Source of the DNA: Eledone cirrhosa
Taxonomy: Eukaryota
Direction: 5' to 3'
Assembly (NCBI GenBank): GCA_964016885.1
Contig: OZ024747.1
Coordinates: 15,934,001 to 15,998,000, forward strand
DNA length: 64,000 nt
Part shown: positions 61,215 to 64,000 of the stretch, in pieces
How positions within the stretch are numbered: the stretch's first letter is position 1
Layout of the letters: each line of letters opens with the position of its first letter
The notes under the pieces: model-generated
The model's input: the letters and a program-made list of their open reading frames with translations, nothing else
Database searches by the model: none
Told to the model about the DNA's origin: nothing
Made by a program: the position numbers and the translations under genes

Positions 61215-61499
61215 AAGAATCAAAGAACTGTTCAAAACATTTTTATGCTTACAACTGTTTCCTCCAAACCGAGGTCTGGATTCTTCGGAGCAATTTATTA
61301 ATGAGTGAACACTTATATGACCTCCTTTTCACCCAAGATACATACAGATACATATGCAAATATTGTGGGTCAACATTCATTACAGCATTTAGAGTGGCAG
61401 TACACTTTTTTGGGGTGTGTGTGCGGGTGAGTTATATAGGTGATTACGCAAGAGGATGGTTGAAAAGTTGGTAAGTTCCAAGGATGTTCAGTAGATTGT

Positions 61500-64000
61500 T
61501 TGTAAGTCAAATTCTGAGTGTGGGTAATCCATGAAGTGGTAGTCGGAAGAGGAGAGATGTGGGGTGCGCGCGCAACAGGAAGTGGTCAGCAGTGGGAGTG
61601 CTGTGGTCTGTTGGTGCTGGGAGGTGGCCAGAGGGCACAGCAGCAGTCAGTGGAATGGTAGGGGGCGAGGATGGGTAGGTGTGAAAGTTGGAGTGAGGAG
61701 GGTGTGTGTGTGTGTGTGTGTGTATTAGTAGGGGTGTTAGTGGGATGAGTGAGTGTGGAGCGAGGGTGTGGGTGGAGTGGGGAGAGAAGGGTGTGTGTGG
61801 TTCCATGGAGGGAGTGTGGTGTACTGGTGTGTGTGTAGTTTGATGAAGAGGTGTTAGTGGGTGTTAGTATACGGGAGGTGGGGAGGGGTTGAATGCAAGT
61901 GTGAGTGGGGGTTAGTGGTGGTAGGGTGTGTAGAGATGGTGGTGTACGAGGGTGTGTGGGTACGTGTGCGTGGGGTTGGGGGTGTTAGTGATGTTAGTTG
62001 CGGGGAGGTGGGTTGGAGGTGTGGGGGTGAGAGGTGTGGGGTGTGATGTGTGGGGGTGAGGGTTAGTGGTGGTAGTAGGGTGTGTGTTTAGTGTGAGCGC
62101 GTGTATATATGTGCCGGTGGGTGTGTGCGTGTGATAAGGAGGGGGGGGAGAAGAGGGGAGGGAAGGGATGTTAGTATGTTAGTTGGGGAAGAGTGGTCAG
62201 AAGAGGGGTGGAGTGGAGGTGTTAGTATTGTTAGTGTGGGGTGGGCGGTGAAAAGGAGGGGTGTGTTAGTGGTGTTAGTGGGGGATAAGTGTGGGGGGAG
62301 GGGGCTGGTCGAACGCTAGAGGAATAAGGGTGGGGAGTTCAGGCCGGGGGTAGTGTGGGTCTGTAAGATGAAGATAGTTCGTTGTTCGACCGTAAGGCGA
62401 TGGGCGGGTGTTCCGTGGCATTGGAGTAGGCCACAGACTGTGAGATGGCGTGCGGAGTGTCCAGGGCCACCAAAGTGGCGGGCGATGGGGGAACTGCCCC
62501 CGAGACGAATATCCCGGAGGTGCTTCGTGTAGGTCCGCCAGGCGACGTCCCGTCCATCCGACATAAGTCGCGCAGCGACGTCCGTAGACTAGGTTGGAGG
62601 AGGTGCAGCGGAAGGCATGCCGGACCGAGAGAGAGTGGCCGTTGGGACCCTGGAAGGTGGTGGTGTTGGTGATGTGGGGACAGGTGTTGCAGCGAGGCCT
62701 AGAACAGGGAAAGGAACCGGGGGAGGGACAGAGCGTGGGTTGGGGGGTAGGGAGCTGTGGACGAGGAGGGTGCGGAGATTGCGTGCGCGTTTGAAGGAGG
62801 GGAGTGGTGGGTTGGGAAGATGTGGGAGGTGGAGGGGTCGGACTGGAGGCATCGGAAGAGGCGGCAGATGGTGCGGTGGAGGGGTAAGGTGGAGGGGTGG
62901 TAGGTGATGGGGAAGGGGAGACGGTGGGTGGGTGTGCGGTGGCGTGGGGTGAGGGTGGTGGAGCGGGAGACAGCACGGGCACGGGTGACAGCGGTGTAGA
63001 CGAGATAGGGGTGTAGACAGCGGTGTAGACGAGACAGGATCCAATGGCTGACTAGGGAAAGGGCCTGGGACTCGAAGTCAGCATCACGGCTACAGAGGCG
63101 GCGGATCCTGAGAAGTTGGGAGTAGGGAATGGAGTGTTTAGTGTGGGTGAGGTGGGAAGAGGTGAAGTCGAGGTAAGAGTGGGAGTCGGTGGGTTTGAAG
63201 AAGGCGGAGGTGACGAGGGAGTGGTGGGAGGGGTCGAAGGCGACGGAGATGTCTAAGAATTGGACGTGGGTGGTGGAGATAGAGGTGGTGAAGTGGGGGG
63301 AGGGGTGGAAGGAGCAGAAGAAGGAGAGAAAGGAGTCGAGCTGTTCTCGGGTGAGGGTCGTGGCTCCGATACAGTCGTCAATGTAACGACCGTACAGTTC
63401 GGGCGTGGTGCCGGTGTACTGGGCAAAGATTTGGGCCTCAACATGGCCAACAAAAAGGTTGGCATAGTTCGGGCCCATTCTTGTGCCCATGGCTAACCCC
63501 GTGACCTGTTGGTAAAACTCACCCGAGAAGGAGAAACAATTTAGGGTGAGGACCAGCTCGGCGAGGCGAAGGAGGGTGGAGGTGGAGGGAATGTGGGAGG
63601 GGCGAAGGTCGAGGTAGTGTTTGAGGGCGTGAAGGCCGTCGGCGTGAGGGATGACTGTATAAAGGGACTTGATGTCTAGGGTGAAGAGGAAGGGCTGTGG
63701 GCCGGGTAGGTAGGTGAAGGAGTCGAAAAGGCGCTGGGCGTGGTTGGTGTCGGAGATGTGGGAGGGGAGGGTGGTGACAAGGGGGGCGAGGAGGGAGTCG
63801 AGAAAGGCGGAGATGAGTTCGGTGGGGCAGTTGCAAGCGGAGACGATGGGGCGGCCGGGGTTATCGGGTTTGTGGAGTTTGGGGAGGAAGTAGATGGTGG
63901 GGGTGCGGGGGGTGCGGACGATGAGGTGGGAAGCGGTGGGGGGGAGGAGGGAGGAGGCGATAAGGTCTTTGATGGTGGAGGAGACTTGTTGTTGGTAGAG
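61500..64000 (-). mobile_element. Penelope-like retroelement (RT + GIY-YIG endonuclease, Neptune-like), frameshifted, 5' part beyond the window
   Basis: Minus-strand frame from the window end reads IYFLPKLHKPDNPGRPIVS, TLDIKSLYTVIP, GLAMGTRMGPNYANLF, RYIDD, FLDI, KPTDSHSYLDFTSSH. After frameshifts come the linker CSRPRCNTC, NLVY..YVGWTGRRLAD, IARHF and PGLN. A C/A-rich 3' region extends to about 61500. Confidence 0.93.

Overview
AT-rich eukaryotic genomic DNA saturated with microsatellites. The repeat content (tRNA-headed SINEs, R4/Dong, Tx1, RTE, CRE and Penelope-like elements) is most consistent with a coleoid cephalopod, probably an octopus; this is an inference. One host gene is supported: an 11-exon minus-strand major facilitator superfamily transporter of the oxalate:formate antiporter-like type (29920-60419, 515 aa by manual splicing, all GT-AG junctions phase-consistent). 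The rest is transposon debris sorted by microsatellite target: R4/Dong and Tx1 LINEs pile up in (AAT)n tracts in intron 1, and many short Penelope-like (PLE) 3' fragments sit in (TA)n tracts, often as fold-backs. Several of these fragments carry recognisable type I hammerhead ribozyme cores directly downstream of GIY-YIG remnants. A GC-rich PLE (RT plus GIY-YIG) runs off the right edge. The most notable observations are the hammerhead/(TA)n PLE landscape, including a hammerhead whose stem III is itself (UA)n and lies sense in a host intron, and a SINE 3' tail matching the local Tx1 LINE 3' end. All calls were made by eye and no searches or folding programs were run. Repeat boundaries are approximate.
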